Assembly (NCBI GenBank): GCA_964423445.1
Contig: CAYREQ010000001.1
Coordinates: 65,732 to 129,731 of the forward strand
DNA: 64,000 bases
Direction: 5' to 3'
From: an uncultured Candidatus Saccharibacteria bacterium
GTDB lineage: Bacteria > Patescibacteriota > Minisyncoccia > Phycocordibacterales > UBA9973
The notes beneath the pieces are model-generated. The model was given only the letters and a program-made list of their open reading frames with translations. It did not search any database and was not told the origin of the DNA. Positions within the stretch are counted from its first letter, which is position 1; the number at the start of each line of letters is the position of its first letter. Shown piece after piece: positions 19,090-31,330 of the stretch. Position numbers and translations under genes: made by a program.

Positions 19090-20817
19090 TTATTCAAAAT
19101 ATTCTGGAGTATTTATGCTCATCCAGTCAAATAACTGTCTTGCTACAGATGATGCGCTAGAACTATTTTTAGGTCCAGATTCCATCATAATTACAAAAGC
19201 ATATTTTGGATTTTCATAAGGGAAAAATCCCATTACCCAAGAATTTAATCTATCTTTGGCTACACCGAGCTGAGCTGTACCTGTTTTTACCGCAATATCT
19301 ACATAAGGCACATTTAATAGCGGGGCTGTACCATCTGTCACAGCCATGCGCATTCCTTTATGCACTATGTCGTAATATTCTTTTTTCAAATCAATCGTCG
19401 TGTATTGTTTTTCTTTTTCAGTATCACCTAAAATTAAATGTGGAGTCATGAGCTTGCCATAGTTTGCTATTGCTCCACCCGCCCTCACCATCTCCATAGG
19501 GGTGACTTGAAAACCATACTGCCCGATAGCTGTATTGTATGTGTCTCCAATGCGCCAAGGGTCTCCTTTAAAGTTTTTTAATTTCCATTCTGGTGTCGGT
19601 ATTACCCCACCCTTTTCATCAGGTAAATCTATTGAAGTTTTTTCTCCTATGCCGAAAATTTTTGCGTATTTATCAATATTTGCTATACCTATACCTTTTT
19701 GACCACCAAAACCACCCCCAATTGTATAGAAATAAACGTCCGAAGATACAGCTATCGCCTCGGCCATGTTTGTCCAACCATTTGCTCTCCAGTCTTTGAA
19801 AATAGTCGGCTTGTCTGGAAAATATGGGTTTGGTATTGAGATAGAGCCCGTAGACAGTATTTCTTTTGAAGGGTCTATAATACCTTCATTTAAAGCCCCA
19901 AGTGCAAAAAATGGTTTGACGATAGATCCTGGGGTATAAAGACCAGAAATACTTCTATCCATAAAAAATCTTCTTTTATCTGTGATATAACTATTTATTT
20001 TTTCTTTGTCTTTTCCTTGAGACAAAACTTCGGAATCGTATTCTGGAAAACTAGTAGAAGTTAAAATTTCTCCATTTCTTACATCCATTATTACACCAGC
20101 TCCTCCGGCAAATGAACCCCTCTCGGCTAAATCTTTTATGAAATTAAATAATTGCATTTGTATCCTAGAGTCTATGGTCGTCACTAGATCTGGTCCTTGT
20201 TTTGGAGTATTTACTATATTTTCGGAATAGATTTCTCCAAGAGCAGTCTTTTCTATCATTTTTGCCCCGTTCTCACCTTTTATTCTGTCATTGTATTGTT
20301 TTTCAAGTCCATCTTTACCTATAAAGTCTTCTCGCCAGTAATTTCCTGATTTATCTCGAGTCGGGTAGCTCACATAGCCAAGTAAATGCGAAAAACCTGG
20401 TGATAAATAAGCACGAACTAGATTTGTCTGCACCTCTGTTTTTTCATCTTTATTTTCTTCAGCCACAGTAAAATCTACTTTCTTATTCCAAGCTAATTCT
20501 TTCTTGTTTCTATCATAGATAATTCCCCTATCAGCAAATAAAATATCTTTTTCTATAATATTATTTTCACTTCTCTCGAAATAAGCAGAACCTTTATTTA
20601 CTTGTAGGTAAAATAGACGCCCACTAAATATAACGATAGCAAGTAAGAAAAAACTGGAAAGAAAAACAATAGTTTTTTGTGGTATTGGTTTCTCTATTCT
20701 TCCTTCAAATTGTTGACGATCAAAGTTTGCTATATTTTTTGAGTCTAGAAAAATTTCGTCTGGGTCGACGAAGACATTTTTTCTTCTTCTATGCTTTTTT
20801 AAAATTTCTCTTATCAT
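19090..20817 (-). CDS. mrdA: Penicillin-binding protein 2 (MrdA-like)
   Basis: RGIIYDRN, GKDGLE, PGSIVK, SSD, KTGT. Confidence 0.85.
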   Translation of the reverse strand: MIREILKKHRRRKNVFVDPDEIFLDSKNIANFDRQQFEGRIEKPIPQKTIVFLSSFFLLAIVIFSGRLFYLQVNKGSAYFERSENNIIEKDILFADRGIIYDRNKKELAWNKKVDFTVAEENKDEKTEVQTNLVRAYLSPGFSHLLGYVSYPTRDKSGNYWREDFIGKDGLEKQYNDRIKGENGAKMIEKTALGEIYSENIVNTPKQGPDLVTTIDSRIQMQLFNFIKDLAERGSFAGGAGVIMDVRNGEILTSTSFPEYDSEVLSQGKDKEKINSYITDKRRFFMDRSISGLYTPGSIVKPFFALGALNEGIIDPSKEILSTGSISIPNPYFPDKPTIFKDWRANGWTNMAEAIAVSSDVYFYTIGGGFGGQKGIGIANIDKYAKIFGIGEKTSIDLPDEKGGVIPTPEWKLKNFKGDPWRIGDTYNTAIGQYGFQVTPMEMVRAGGAIANYGKLMTPHLILGDTEKEKQYTTIDLKKEYYDIVHKGMRMAVTDGTAPLLNVPYVDIAVKTGTAQLGVAKDRLNSWVMGFFPYENPKYAFVIMMESGPKNSSSASSVARQLFDWMSINTPEYFE

Positions 20818-20820
20818 TTT

Positions 20821-21084
20821 TTAATTATTGAATCTGATTTTTTTCTTTATAAATTGAGCCAAGAATACGAGCACAAGAGCACCAAAGAAAGATATAAAAA
20901 CTATATTGTAAAATTTTGCCTCAGGTACCCCATAGAGTAAGTCAGATAAAAGAGCTATGGCCACCGCTTCCAAATAGTAATTAAAATAAATTATCCCAAT
21001 TAAACCTAAAATAATACTTACCCAAAAAGGCATGAAGATTACTGAAAAAAGTAATATAGCTGTAGCTAAAATTCGTAGAGCCAT
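20821..21084 (-). CDS. Small polytopic membrane protein (possibly MreD-like)
   Basis: Hydrophobic 87 aa directly upstream of PBP2. Confidence 0.6.
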   Translation of the reverse strand: MALRILATAILLFSVIFMPFWVSIILGLIGIIYFNYYLEAVAIALLSDLLYGVPEAKFYNIVFISFFGALVLVFLAQFIKKKIRFNN

Positions 21085-21120
21085 AATCTTATATTACACG
21101 CTTAAACCCAAAATACAAAA

Positions 21121-21381
21121 TTAGAAAAATCTACGCCATAAATGACGCAAAATGAGAAATAAAATTATGCCTAAAATAGGATAAAATATATAAGGACTAT
21201 TAAATGTATTTAGCCTAAATGATTCCAATTCTTTTGTGGCTATTGATATGCCATTTGAGACAAAAGCTGGAGTATTGTCTTTTATTGTTTTACTAATTCC
21301 AGTATTTGATTCTGTGCTAGCAGTAGTTTTTGTTTGTACTGCAGTTTTTGCAGTCGTAGTCTTTGTATTATTAGTAGCCAT
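21121..21381 (-). CDS. Thr-rich small protein with C-terminal TM
   Basis: 86-aa ORF; TGATATAAT-N6-ATG upstream. Confidence 0.65.
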   Translation of the reverse strand: MATNNTKTTTAKTAVQTKTTASTESNTGISKTIKDNTPAFVSNGISIATKELESFRLNTFNSPYIFYPILGIILFLILRHLWRRFF

Positions 21382-21388
21382 GCAAAAA

Positions 21389-22753
21389 TTATATCATTTT
21401 TGTAGCAATGCCGGTATAATTTTCTGGGGAAATTTTTAGTAATTCTTTTTTTATTTTTTCATTTACATTTAAAGTCTCAATAAAATTATGTATTTCTTTT
21501 AGGGTGACTTTTTTACCACGAGATAATTCTTTTAGTTTTTCATAAGGCATCTCTACACCCTCACGTCTCAGTATGGTTTGGATAGCCTCAGTGACGACTT
21601 CGGGATGATTGTTTAAAACTTCCAATATTTTTTCTTCGTTTACTTTTATTTTGCTGAGCCCTTTTAACAGTGAGCTATATGCTAGATATGAATGTCCAAA
21701 TGCTGTACCAAAAGCTCTTTCTACTGTAGAATCGGACAAATCTCTCTGCAGTCTAGATATTGGAAGCTTGCGAGCAAAAAATTCAAAAAGAGCATTTGCG
21801 AGGCCTAGATTCCCTTCACTGTTTTCAAAATCTATCGGGTTTATTTTATGTGGCATTGTAGAAGAGCCAGTCTCACCTGCCTTTGGTATTTGCCCTACCC
21901 AATCATCTGATATGTATCTCCACATGTCTTGGTTGAAATCTATAAGTACTCCATTGATATGTTTTACCTTATCAAAAATCTTGATATAACTATCGTGACA
22001 TTCTATTTGAGTAGTGATTTTATTTTGGATTAATTTTTGTGTACGTCCTTTATTAAAACTCTCAATAAATTTTTTACTAAATGAATTCCAATCTACTTTT
22101 GGATAAGCTACAACGTGAGCATTATAGTTTCCTGTCGCTCCATTTAATTTCATCTCTATTTTTATACTTTTTAATTCAGTCAATAGTTTTTCTAAACGCA
22201 GAGAAAATACTTTCATTTCTTTGCCAAAAGTAGTGGGGCTAGCAGATTGTCCGTGAGTACGAGCTAGCATCGGTAAGTTTTTATATTTTTTTGCTAGAAT
22301 ATTTATTTCAGAAATTACTTTTGAAATACAAGGAATAATTTCATTGTCTAGCGAGTCTGACAACAACAGAGCATAAGCTATGTTGTTTGTATCTTCGGAT
22401 GTAATAGCAAAGTGGGTCCATTCCGTAGAATCTTTTAGAGATGTTTTGGAAAGTGCATTTTTTATAAAATATTCTACAGCCTTTACATCGTGATTTGTTT
22501 TTGATTCAATCTTTTTTATTTCTTTATATGAATTTTCATCAAATTTTTCGTAAAGACTTCTTATTTGCTTTATTTCATTTGTAGTAAATTTACGTAGTGC
22601 TGTTTTGTTTAATAAAGATAAGGCTATTAGATATTCACTTTCCATCATCACTCTGTATTTCATCAAACCTTGCTCGGAAAAATATGGAGCGAGAGCTCTC
22701 GTTTTTTCAAAGTATCTACCATCCAATGATGAAATTGCGTTAAAATTTTGCAT
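21389..22753 (-). CDS. purB: Adenylosuccinate lyase
   Basis: LDGRY, TNHDVKAVEY, RTHGQ, GSSTMPHKINP. Confidence 0.97.
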   Translation of the reverse strand: MQNFNAISSLDGRYFEKTRALAPYFSEQGLMKYRVMMESEYLIALSLLNKTALRKFTTNEIKQIRSLYEKFDENSYKEIKKIESKTNHDVKAVEYFIKNALSKTSLKDSTEWTHFAITSEDTNNIAYALLLSDSLDNEIIPCISKVISEINILAKKYKNLPMLARTHGQSASPTTFGKEMKVFSLRLEKLLTELKSIKIEMKLNGATGNYNAHVVAYPKVDWNSFSKKFIESFNKGRTQKLIQNKITTQIECHDSYIKIFDKVKHINGVLIDFNQDMWRYISDDWVGQIPKAGETGSSTMPHKINPIDFENSEGNLGLANALFEFFARKLPISRLQRDLSDSTVERAFGTAFGHSYLAYSSLLKGLSKIKVNEEKILEVLNNHPEVVTEAIQTILRREGVEMPYEKLKELSRGKKVTLKEIHNFIETLNVNEKIKKELLKISPENYTGIATKMI

Positions 22754-22755
22754 AA

Positions 22756-23688
22756 TTATATTGTGTATTTTTTAAGATTATTTTCAATTCTCTTTTCTAT
22801 GTCTCCTTGTTCTATTTGGAATTTTGTTCCTGTGATTTGTTCAAAAATTTGTATGTATCTTTTTGTTAATTCTTCTACCATTTCAATTGGAGCTTCTGGC
22901 ATTACTTCGTCTTTGTATGGGTCACAATTTTGTTTAAACCAAAGTCTCAAAAATTCTTTATCAAAGTTTTGAGGCTCCAATCCTTCGTCTATGCGTTCTT
23001 GATAAGAGTCAGCTTGCCAATACCTAGAAGAGTCTGGTGTGTGTATTTCATCTATTAATATTACTTCACCATTTTCAGCAAGTCCAAATTCATACTTTGT
23101 ATCTACTAAAATCAAACCTCTTTTCAATGCTACTTCTTGCCCGCGTGAAAAAAGTTTTAATGCCGTATCTCTGACTTTTTCCCAGATTTCTGGGCTCATC
23201 ATTTTTTCTTCCAAAATTATTTTACTAGTTAATGGTCTGTCATGAGCTTCAAATTTTGTCGTTGGAGTCACTACTGGTTTACCTAATTTTTGATTTTTCT
23301 TCATTCCTTCTGGTAAAACAAAATCTCCAAAATCCCTAGTCCCTTTTTGGTATAAAGTCCAAAGTGCAGTATCAGTGACTCCTGTAATATACCCACGTAC
23401 CACCATTTCTACTGGTAATACTGTGCACTTTTTACCAATTACTACATTTGGGTCTGGATTATCTAAGATATGGTTCTCTACTATATCTTTGGTATTTTCA
23501 AACCAAAAAGAACTTATTTGTGTGAGCACTTGCCCTTTGCATGGTATCAAAGCAAGGTTTCTATCAAAGGCAGAATATCTGTCACTGGAAATTAATATGA
23601 TTTTATCATCTTGTACGTAAACATCTCGCACTTTTCCTGTATATTTTTTCCCAAGATTATTAAAATTTGTTTCTTTTAGAATGTTCAT
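22756..23688 (-). CDS. purC: SAICAR synthetase (long type)
   Basis: GKVRDVY, SDRYSAFD, DTKYEFG, DEIHTPDSSR, DKEF. Confidence 0.96.
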   Translation of the reverse strand: MNILKETNFNNLGKKYTGKVRDVYVQDDKIILISSDRYSAFDRNLALIPCKGQVLTQISSFWFENTKDIVENHILDNPDPNVVIGKKCTVLPVEMVVRGYITGVTDTALWTLYQKGTRDFGDFVLPEGMKKNQKLGKPVVTPTTKFEAHDRPLTSKIILEEKMMSPEIWEKVRDTALKLFSRGQEVALKRGLILVDTKYEFGLAENGEVILIDEIHTPDSSRYWQADSYQERIDEGLEPQNFDKEFLRLWFKQNCDPYKDEVMPEAPIEMVEELTKRYIQIFEQITGTKFQIEQGDIEKRIENNLKKYTI

Positions 23689-24846
23689 TTATTTATAAAT
23701 TATTTTTTTATTCAAACTTAATTTTGAAATTATAGATATTTGTGGAATTTTTTCTTTTGTTACTTTGCCGATTATTTTTGCTTTAATTCCAAAATCTTTT
23801 GCTCTCTTGATTGAGTACTGCGCATCTTTTTCATCTACGATGAGTAGCATGCCTTGTCCCCCATTCCAGACTTCATAAAATTCTTCATCTTTTAAACCAC
23901 GCCAAGAAGCACATTCTAGCATAATTTTTGGTGGTTCCCATAAATCAAAAATCTCTGCTGAAAGTCCTTTGGAAAAAAGTACATCTTTGCCTAATTTTTC
24001 TCTAAAAGCTCCACCAGAGAGGTGCACCACACTGTGTATTTTTATTTCTGGTTTAAAACTTTTATTAAACCACCCATGCATAGTGTTTATATACATATCA
24101 TAAAGTACTGAAGGGACAGCCGAAGCCTTGATGGCATCTTTTGCTTTTGGGTTTTTGTACCAGCTTTTACCGAATTTTACTTGCAGAGCTTTTCTTACAG
24201 AGCTAACACCATTTGATCTAAAACCATTTTCCTTGAGTCCAATAATTACTTGCCCAGCTTTTACACTCTTACCAGTTATCATTTTGTCTTTATGGTAAGC
24301 ACCTATCATCATTCCTGACCAGTTTAATTTAGTTTTTGAATCTTTGATTTCTGAGCCGATAGCAATTCCCATCTGTGCTGTCTCACCTTTTAAGACCACT
24401 ATCTTATTTTCTTTTGCTACATCTCCGAGACCACTTATTGCACTTTTGTAAGTCTTGTTTACTATATCTCCAGAATTTCCGACAGAAGAAATATCAAAAA
24501 CATTTATAAAAACAAGTGGCACGCCACCAAAGCGAGTGATGTCACTCGCTGTCATAGCTATGATGTCGTATGCTGCATCTTTGTGAGTCTTGGCTGCATC
24601 TATGATTATGCCTTTTGTGCCGAGACCATCAGTGGATGCTTCGATAAAATATCCTTTTGGTAAATTTTTTAAAGTAAAAGGCCTAGGACCACGAAAATTT
24701 CCCATAGAAAGATCATGGACTTTTACAAAGGGAGAATTATTATAACTTTTTTTACAAACTGACCCCGCAAAACTACTAAAACTAGATTCTTCTTCTACAT
24801 CTACTCCATCTTGACTGTATTTTTTTGAAATTTTTATCTTACTCAT
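23689..24846 (-). CDS. purM: AIR synthetase (divergent)
   Basis: [29 protein letters not shown]. Confidence 0.88.
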   Translation of the reverse strand: MSKIKISKKYSQDGVDVEEESSFSSFAGSVCKKSYNNSPFVKVHDLSMGNFRGPRPFTLKNLPKGYFIEASTDGLGTKGIIIDAAKTHKDAAYDIIAMTASDITRFGGVPLVFINVFDISSVGNSGDIVNKTYKSAISGLGDVAKENKIVVLKGETAQMGIAIGSEIKDSKTKLNWSGMMIGAYHKDKMITGKSVKAGQVIIGLKENGFRSNGVSSVRKALQVKFGKSWYKNPKAKDAIKASAVPSVLYDMYINTMHGWFNKSFKPEIKIHSVVHLSGGAFREKLGKDVLFSKGLSAEIFDLWEPPKIMLECASWRGLKDEEFYEVWNGGQGMLLIVDEKDAQYSIKRAKDFGIKAKIIGKVTKEKIPQISIISKLSLNKKIIYK

Positions 24847-25351
24847 TTAAATATTTTTTGTAACCAACTTTTGAAAGTTTTTTACTTTTTATTTTTACTT
24901 CTTTACTCATCTTATTCTTAAAATCATTAAATTTCTTTTCTAGTTTTTTGTCGGATAGGCTGAGAATTTGTATAGCAAGTAAACCAGCATTCTTTGCTCC
25001 ATTTATGGCGACAGTAGCCACAGGAACACCTGGTGGCATTTGTAAAATAGACAAAAGAGAATCCATGCCCTCCATTGTTTTTGTTTTTATTGGTACACCG
25101 ATAACTGGAAGTGTTGTCATTGATGCTGTCATACCTGGGAGATGTGCAGACCCACCGGCACCAGCGATGATCACTTTTATGCCAGACTTTTTTGCATTTG
25201 TAGCATATTTATATAATTTGTCAGGGGTTCTGTGCGCAGATACGACACTAATACTATAATCTACACCAAACTCTTCAAGGATTTTTGCTGATTCACTCAT
25301 TATTTCTAAATCAGAATCAGAACCCATTATTATCAATACTTTATTTTTCAT
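24839..25351 (-). CDS. purE: N5-CAIR mutase
   Basis: [30 protein letters not shown]. Confidence 0.98.
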   Translation of the reverse strand: MKNKVLIIMGSDSDLEIMSESAKILEEFGVDYSISVVSAHRTPDKLYKYATNAKKSGIKVIIAGAGGSAHLPGMTASMTTLPVIGVPIKTKTMEGMDSLLSILQMPPGVPVATVAINGAKNAGLLAIQILSLSDKKLEKKFNDFKNKMSKEVKIKSKKLSKVGYKKYLNE

Positions 25352-25371
25352 AATATTTTTACTGCGAATAA

Positions 25372-26502
25372 TTAAATAGATATATGTTTGTGTGCTTTTT
25401 TTGCTCTCTTCTCTGCTTCTTTTAATGTGTTTGCTGTTACTGTGATATGTCCCATCTTGCGCTCTTTTCTCGTTTCCATCTTACCATATATATGTATATT
25501 GACACCACTTATTTTTTTAGCATTTTCTCCACCTCTATATTTTGGAGCTCCATTTCTTTTTCCAAGAATATTCATCATCACAGAAGCTTTTGACCTTGTT
25601 TTAGATTTTGCCAGATGCATTCCTGTCACGGCTCGTATCTGTTGTTCAAATTGTGATGCTGAGTAGGCCTCTATCGTATGGTGTCCAGAATTATGTACTC
25701 GTGGTGCTATTTCATTTACTATCACATTTTCTTTTTTATCTAAAAACATTTCTATGGCAAATACTCCTACACCACCTAAAGCCTCAAGTACTTTTTTTGC
25801 CACTTTTTTTGCTTTTAGTTTTATTTGAGGTTTTATGTTTGCCGGTGAGCGAACAATATGACAAATATTATTTTGGTGTATTGTTTCTACTACATCAAAA
25901 GAAAAAATAGTATTAAATTTATCTCGAGCAGAGACCACAGCGAGCTCTTTCTCAAATGGTATAAATTTTTCTGCATAGAGTGGGCTCTTTGAGAGTTTGA
26001 TAAAAGCTTTTTTTATATCTCCTTTTTTACAAACCACAAAGTTTCCCCTGCCATCATAAGCATCAAACCGAGCTTTAAGTAAAAAAGGGTAGCCAAAAAT
26101 ATCACCCTGCTTTAAAGCATCACTCTCATTTTCAATAAGTGCAAAATCCGCGACCGGAATATCATGTTCTCTTAGAAAAACTTTTTGTTCAAATTTATCT
26201 TTTATGATTTTTAAAATTTTTGGACTTGGGTTTACCGGTTTTCCTTTTTTTGCAATTTCTGCCAAAGTTTTATTGTCAGCACTTTCTATCTCAAAAGTCA
26301 GAAAGTCAGAAATTTTAGCAAGCTCAAGAATTTTTTTTCTATCTTTAAAACCACCGATTATCTGCCCGTTTGCCACTTGTCCTGCGGGCGAAGGACTGTT
26401 TGGGTCTAGCACTATGACTTTAAACCCGAGACGGTGCGCAGAGTCTGTGAGCATCCTGCCCAACTGCCCTCCACCCACTATTCCGATAGTTTTTTGTTTC
26501 AT
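25372..26502 (-). CDS. purK: N5-CAIR synthetase
   Basis: [30 protein letters not shown]. Confidence 0.97.
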   Translation of the reverse strand: MKQKTIGIVGGGQLGRMLTDSAHRLGFKVIVLDPNSPSPAGQVANGQIIGGFKDRKKILELAKISDFLTFEIESADNKTLAEIAKKGKPVNPSPKILKIIKDKFEQKVFLREHDIPVADFALIENESDALKQGDIFGYPFLLKARFDAYDGRGNFVVCKKGDIKKAFIKLSKSPLYAEKFIPFEKELAVVSARDKFNTIFSFDVVETIHQNNICHIVRSPANIKPQIKLKAKKVAKKVLEALGGVGVFAIEMFLDKKENVIVNEIAPRVHNSGHHTIEAYSASQFEQQIRAVTGMHLAKSKTRSKASVMMNILGKRNGAPKYRGGENAKKISGVNIHIYGKMETRKERKMGHITVTANTLKEAEKRAKKAHKHISI

Positions 26503-26504
26503 TT

Positions 26505-27986
26505 TTAGTGTTTAAAATGCCTAAAACCAGTCGTGACCATGGCCATATTGTATTTATCAGCCATGTCTATGGATGCTTGGTCGTTCTTTGAGCCTCCTGG
26601 GTGGATGACAGCAGAGACTCCATTTTCCCCTGCTACTTCTACGCAATCAGGAAATGGGAAAAATGCTTCTGAAGAAAGCACTGAGCCTTTTAAGTCAAAA
26701 CCAAATCTTTTTGCTTTATCTATCGCTTGGTTTAGAGCATCGATTCTTGATGTCTGTCCACAACCCATAGTGATGAGTGTGCTATTTTTTACTAATGCTA
26801 CAGAATTTGATTTTAAATGTTTGGTGGCTACAGATGCGATAAGTAAATCTTTTTTCTCTTGCTCTGTTGGCTCTCTCTTAGTGACAGTTTTCAAATCTTC
26901 TATTTTTTCTACTTGAGTGTCTCTGTCTTGAGAAAGTATTCCTGTAAAGTTTGTGCGTATTTGTTTCTTTGGCAGTGTGGGATTTTTCCATTTAAGTATT
27001 CGGCAATCTTTTTTAGTCATTAAAATTTCCAGTGCCTCTTTTGAAAAATCTGGCGCGATGATGACTTCTATGAAAAGCTTTTGTTCTTTTATCAGGTTTG
27101 CTATATCTGCTTCCACTATTCTATTCCCTGCCAATATTCCACCAAAAGCAGATACTGGGTCAGCATTGTACGCAGATTTGTAAGCTTCAAATAAATTTTC
27201 TTTTACAGAGAGACCACAAGCATTCATGTGTTTTATGATTGCAAATGCTGGTTCAGAAAAGTCATACACAGTAGCTATGGCTGCTTCGGTATCTATTAAA
27301 TTATTATATGAAAGTTCTTTGCCGTGGAGTTGGATAAAACTGTCTTCTAAGTTACCAATAAATTCTGCACCTTGGTGAGGGTTTTCTCCGTAGCGCAATT
27401 TTGATCCTTGGAAATATCCACGGATAGCAGAGTCATACATGCTCGTAACTTCAAAGGCAGTGCCTGCAAATTTTTTTCTTTCCTCGAGTGTAGTTTCACT
27501 TCCCTTTTCTAAAATATTTAAAAGCTGAGAGTATTGGTGTTTGGAAGGTATCACTACGACATCATTAAAATTTTTCGCTGCCGCTCGGATGAGTGATATT
27601 CCTCCTATGTCTATCTTCTCTATTATTTCCTCATCAGTTCCTCCACTCGCTAAAGTTTCTTCAAATGGATACAAATCTACTATTACTAAATCAATATCTT
27701 CTATTTTATGCTCTGCTTTTTCTTTTTGGTCGTCAGTGTTGTCTCTCCTATTTAAAATACCTCCAAAGATTTGTGGTTGGAGTGTTTTTACTCTGCCACC
27801 AAAGACGCTTGGGAATCCAGTAAGAGTTTCTACTTCGGTGACAGGTATATTTAGTTTACGGACAAATTCTGCTGTACCTCCTGTGGAGATAATTTTTACA
27901 CCGTGTTTGTCTAAGAGTTTTACAATCTCATCAAGCCCATCTTTATTAAAAACTGAAATTAGCGCTGACTTGATTTGTTTATTCAT
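26505..27986 (-). CDS. purH: Bifunctional AICAR transformylase/IMP cyclohydrolase
   Basis: ALISV, STGGT, IDIGG, LRYGENPHQ, SAFGG, RHFKH. Confidence 0.97.
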   Translation of the reverse strand: MNKQIKSALISVFNKDGLDEIVKLLDKHGVKIISTGGTAEFVRKLNIPVTEVETLTGFPSVFGGRVKTLQPQIFGGILNRRDNTDDQKEKAEHKIEDIDLVIVDLYPFEETLASGGTDEEIIEKIDIGGISLIRAAAKNFNDVVVIPSKHQYSQLLNILEKGSETTLEERKKFAGTAFEVTSMYDSAIRGYFQGSKLRYGENPHQGAEFIGNLEDSFIQLHGKELSYNNLIDTEAAIATVYDFSEPAFAIIKHMNACGLSVKENLFEAYKSAYNADPVSAFGGILAGNRIVEADIANLIKEQKLFIEVIIAPDFSKEALEILMTKKDCRILKWKNPTLPKKQIRTNFTGILSQDRDTQVEKIEDLKTVTKREPTEQEKKDLLIASVATKHLKSNSVALVKNSTLITMGCGQTSRIDALNQAIDKAKRFGFDLKGSVLSSEAFFPFPDCVEVAGENGVSAVIHPGGSKNDQASIDMADKYNMAMVTTGFRHFKH

Positions 27987-28012
27987 GAAAGCATTTTATC
28001 ATAACAATTTTT

Positions 28013-29545
28013 TTATTCAAATTCTGTCGTAGCTGGAGGTTTTGGAGTCATATCAAAAAATACTCTCACTATATCTTTGTGTTTTGTCAGTGTTGTTGTA
28101 ATTTCATTTACGACTTCTTCTGGAAAATAAAAACCTTTTGCTGTCATAAAGTCCACTGTCTGCACCGCACGAATAGCGAGTGAGTGGCCATATACTCTCT
28201 CGTCCCCCTTTACTCCGACAGAATTTATGCCGAGCAAGGCTACGATGAGCTGAGAAATTTCTTTTTCCAAATTATGTTTTTTAATTATGTCAGTTACGGT
28301 TTTATCTGCTTCTCGTACAAGATCTATATTGTCTTTTGATACAGGTGTGCCGACTACTCGTAGATATAGTCCTGGTCCTGGAAATGGATTTCGCTCATAG
28401 ATAGCCGGTGGTAAGTTTAAAGCTTTGCCCAATTCACGAACCTCGTATTTAAATAAATTTCTAAATGGGTGCAGGTCTTCTACTTCAAAACTCAAGCCCA
28501 CATTGTGATGGGTTTTTATCATTGCTGATTCGCCGGCTTTGCCTGACTCTATTATATCTGTCGCCAGTGTTCCTTGAATTATAAATCCCGCATCATGTTT
28601 TACTATTTGCTCTTCAAATATTCTCTGATACACCTTGCGGAATTTTGACCTCTTTTCTTCTCCATCAATAGTGGTGCCGATATTTTTTATAAATTCCTCT
28701 TCGGCTTCTATTACTATTAAATTATTTACACCTGCATTTTTTGTATTTTCTTTAAGCTCCGATACTTCGTCTTTACGTAGTCCACCTGTATCTATGGCTA
28801 TACATTTTAGTCTATCACCCAACACAGGAGCTAGAAGTGCAGCTAGTGTAGTGGAATCTACTCCACCAGACACACCGAGAATTACATTTTTCTTTTCACT
28901 TTCGTTTACTACACTTAAAACTTCATTTTGAATTTGTTTTATCAAGTCTTCAGGATTCCAGTCTTTCTTGCAAGTAGCTATGTCTAAAAAGTTTTGTAGT
29001 ATTTTTTTACCCTCTTTTGTATTTGTGACTTCTGGATGAAATTGTATTCCCATTACTTTATTATTCGTATTTGTCATGGCAGATATTCCACCGGATGTAG
29101 CTATGGATAAAAAACCTTCTGGCAATTTAGTCACAGTGTCTCCATGACTTGCCCAGACTTCTGTATTTTTAGAAACTCCTAGAAATAGTGGATGGGTATC
29201 ATCTACTGTCACTTGAGCTGGACCATATTCTCTGTGGGCTATTGGTCTCTCTACTGTGCCACCGAGGTTGTGTGCCAAAAGTTGCATACCATAACAGATT
29301 CCAAGAATGAAATATTTTTTACCAGTGATGTCTACTGATTCTGGAATTTGTGGAGCACCTTCATTGTGTACACTCCAATTACTACCAGAAAGTATTACAG
29401 CTTTTGGATTATTATTTTTTAACCAATTATCTACTTTATTTGGTGGAAGTATTAGACTGCGCACACCAAGCTCGCGCAGTGTTCGCCCAATCACTAGTGT
29501 GTATTGTGAACCGTAATCTATAACCAAAACTTGGATGTCATTCAT
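28013..29545 (-). CDS. guaA: GMP synthase
   Basis: DYGSQY, GICYGMQ, QFHPE, SGGVDS, IKTHHN, KPPATTE; start 29545 preferred (TATCAT-N6-ATG), alternative 29551. Confidence 0.97.
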   Translation of the reverse strand: MNDIQVLVIDYGSQYTLVIGRTLRELGVRSLILPPNKVDNWLKNNNPKAVILSGSNWSVHNEGAPQIPESVDITGKKYFILGICYGMQLLAHNLGGTVERPIAHREYGPAQVTVDDTHPLFLGVSKNTEVWASHGDTVTKLPEGFLSIATSGGISAMTNTNNKVMGIQFHPEVTNTKEGKKILQNFLDIATCKKDWNPEDLIKQIQNEVLSVVNESEKKNVILGVSGGVDSTTLAALLAPVLGDRLKCIAIDTGGLRKDEVSELKENTKNAGVNNLIVIEAEEEFIKNIGTTIDGEEKRSKFRKVYQRIFEEQIVKHDAGFIIQGTLATDIIESGKAGESAMIKTHHNVGLSFEVEDLHPFRNLFKYEVRELGKALNLPPAIYERNPFPGPGLYLRVVGTPVSKDNIDLVREADKTVTDIIKKHNLEKEISQLIVALLGINSVGVKGDERVYGHSLAIRAVQTVDFMTAKGFYFPEEVVNEITTTLTKHKDIVRVFFDMTPKPPATTEFE

Positions 29546-29573
29546 AGACATATGATATATGAAAATAAGAAAT

Positions 29574-29610
29574 AAAAAAAGCGGCTTATTAAAAAATCAA
29601 AAAAGCCGCA
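29574..29610 (-). terminator. Intrinsic terminator after the small peptide ORF
   Basis: Minus strand GCGGCTT...AAGCCGC followed by T7. Confidence 0.75.
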
Positions 29611-29632
29611 GTTTGAATTATTTTGTGCCAAT

Positions 29633-29743
29633 TTATAAATTTCCCGACACGAAATCTTTAATTTCGCCCCAAAAGACGAAGAAGAAAAATACAATGAGTA
29701 ATACAACAAGAAAAGCGACGACATCATCAAATATTTTCTTCAT
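29633..29743 (-). CDS. 36-aa single-TM peptide (not in the ORF track)
   Basis: MKKIFDDVVAFLVVLLIVFFFFVFWGEIKDFVSGNL; GGAGGT SD; TTGACG-17-TATTGT promoter; own terminator. Confidence 0.75.
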   Translation of the reverse strand: MKKIFDDVVAFLVVLLIVFFFFVFWGEIKDFVSGNL

Positions 29744-29831
29744 AGTTTTACCTCCAAAAATCACAATAACACTTATAAATTATTCCGTCAAATAAATATT
29801 CTAATTTTACCCGAATTTATTTTTATGCTAA

Positions 29832-31322
<1,491 letters not shown>

Positions 31323-31330
31323 AATATAAT

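Noticed and set aside
27770-27800. PurH RVKTLQP in place of the usual RVKTLHP
   Set aside because: Single substitution with all other motifs intact; not enough to claim altered function
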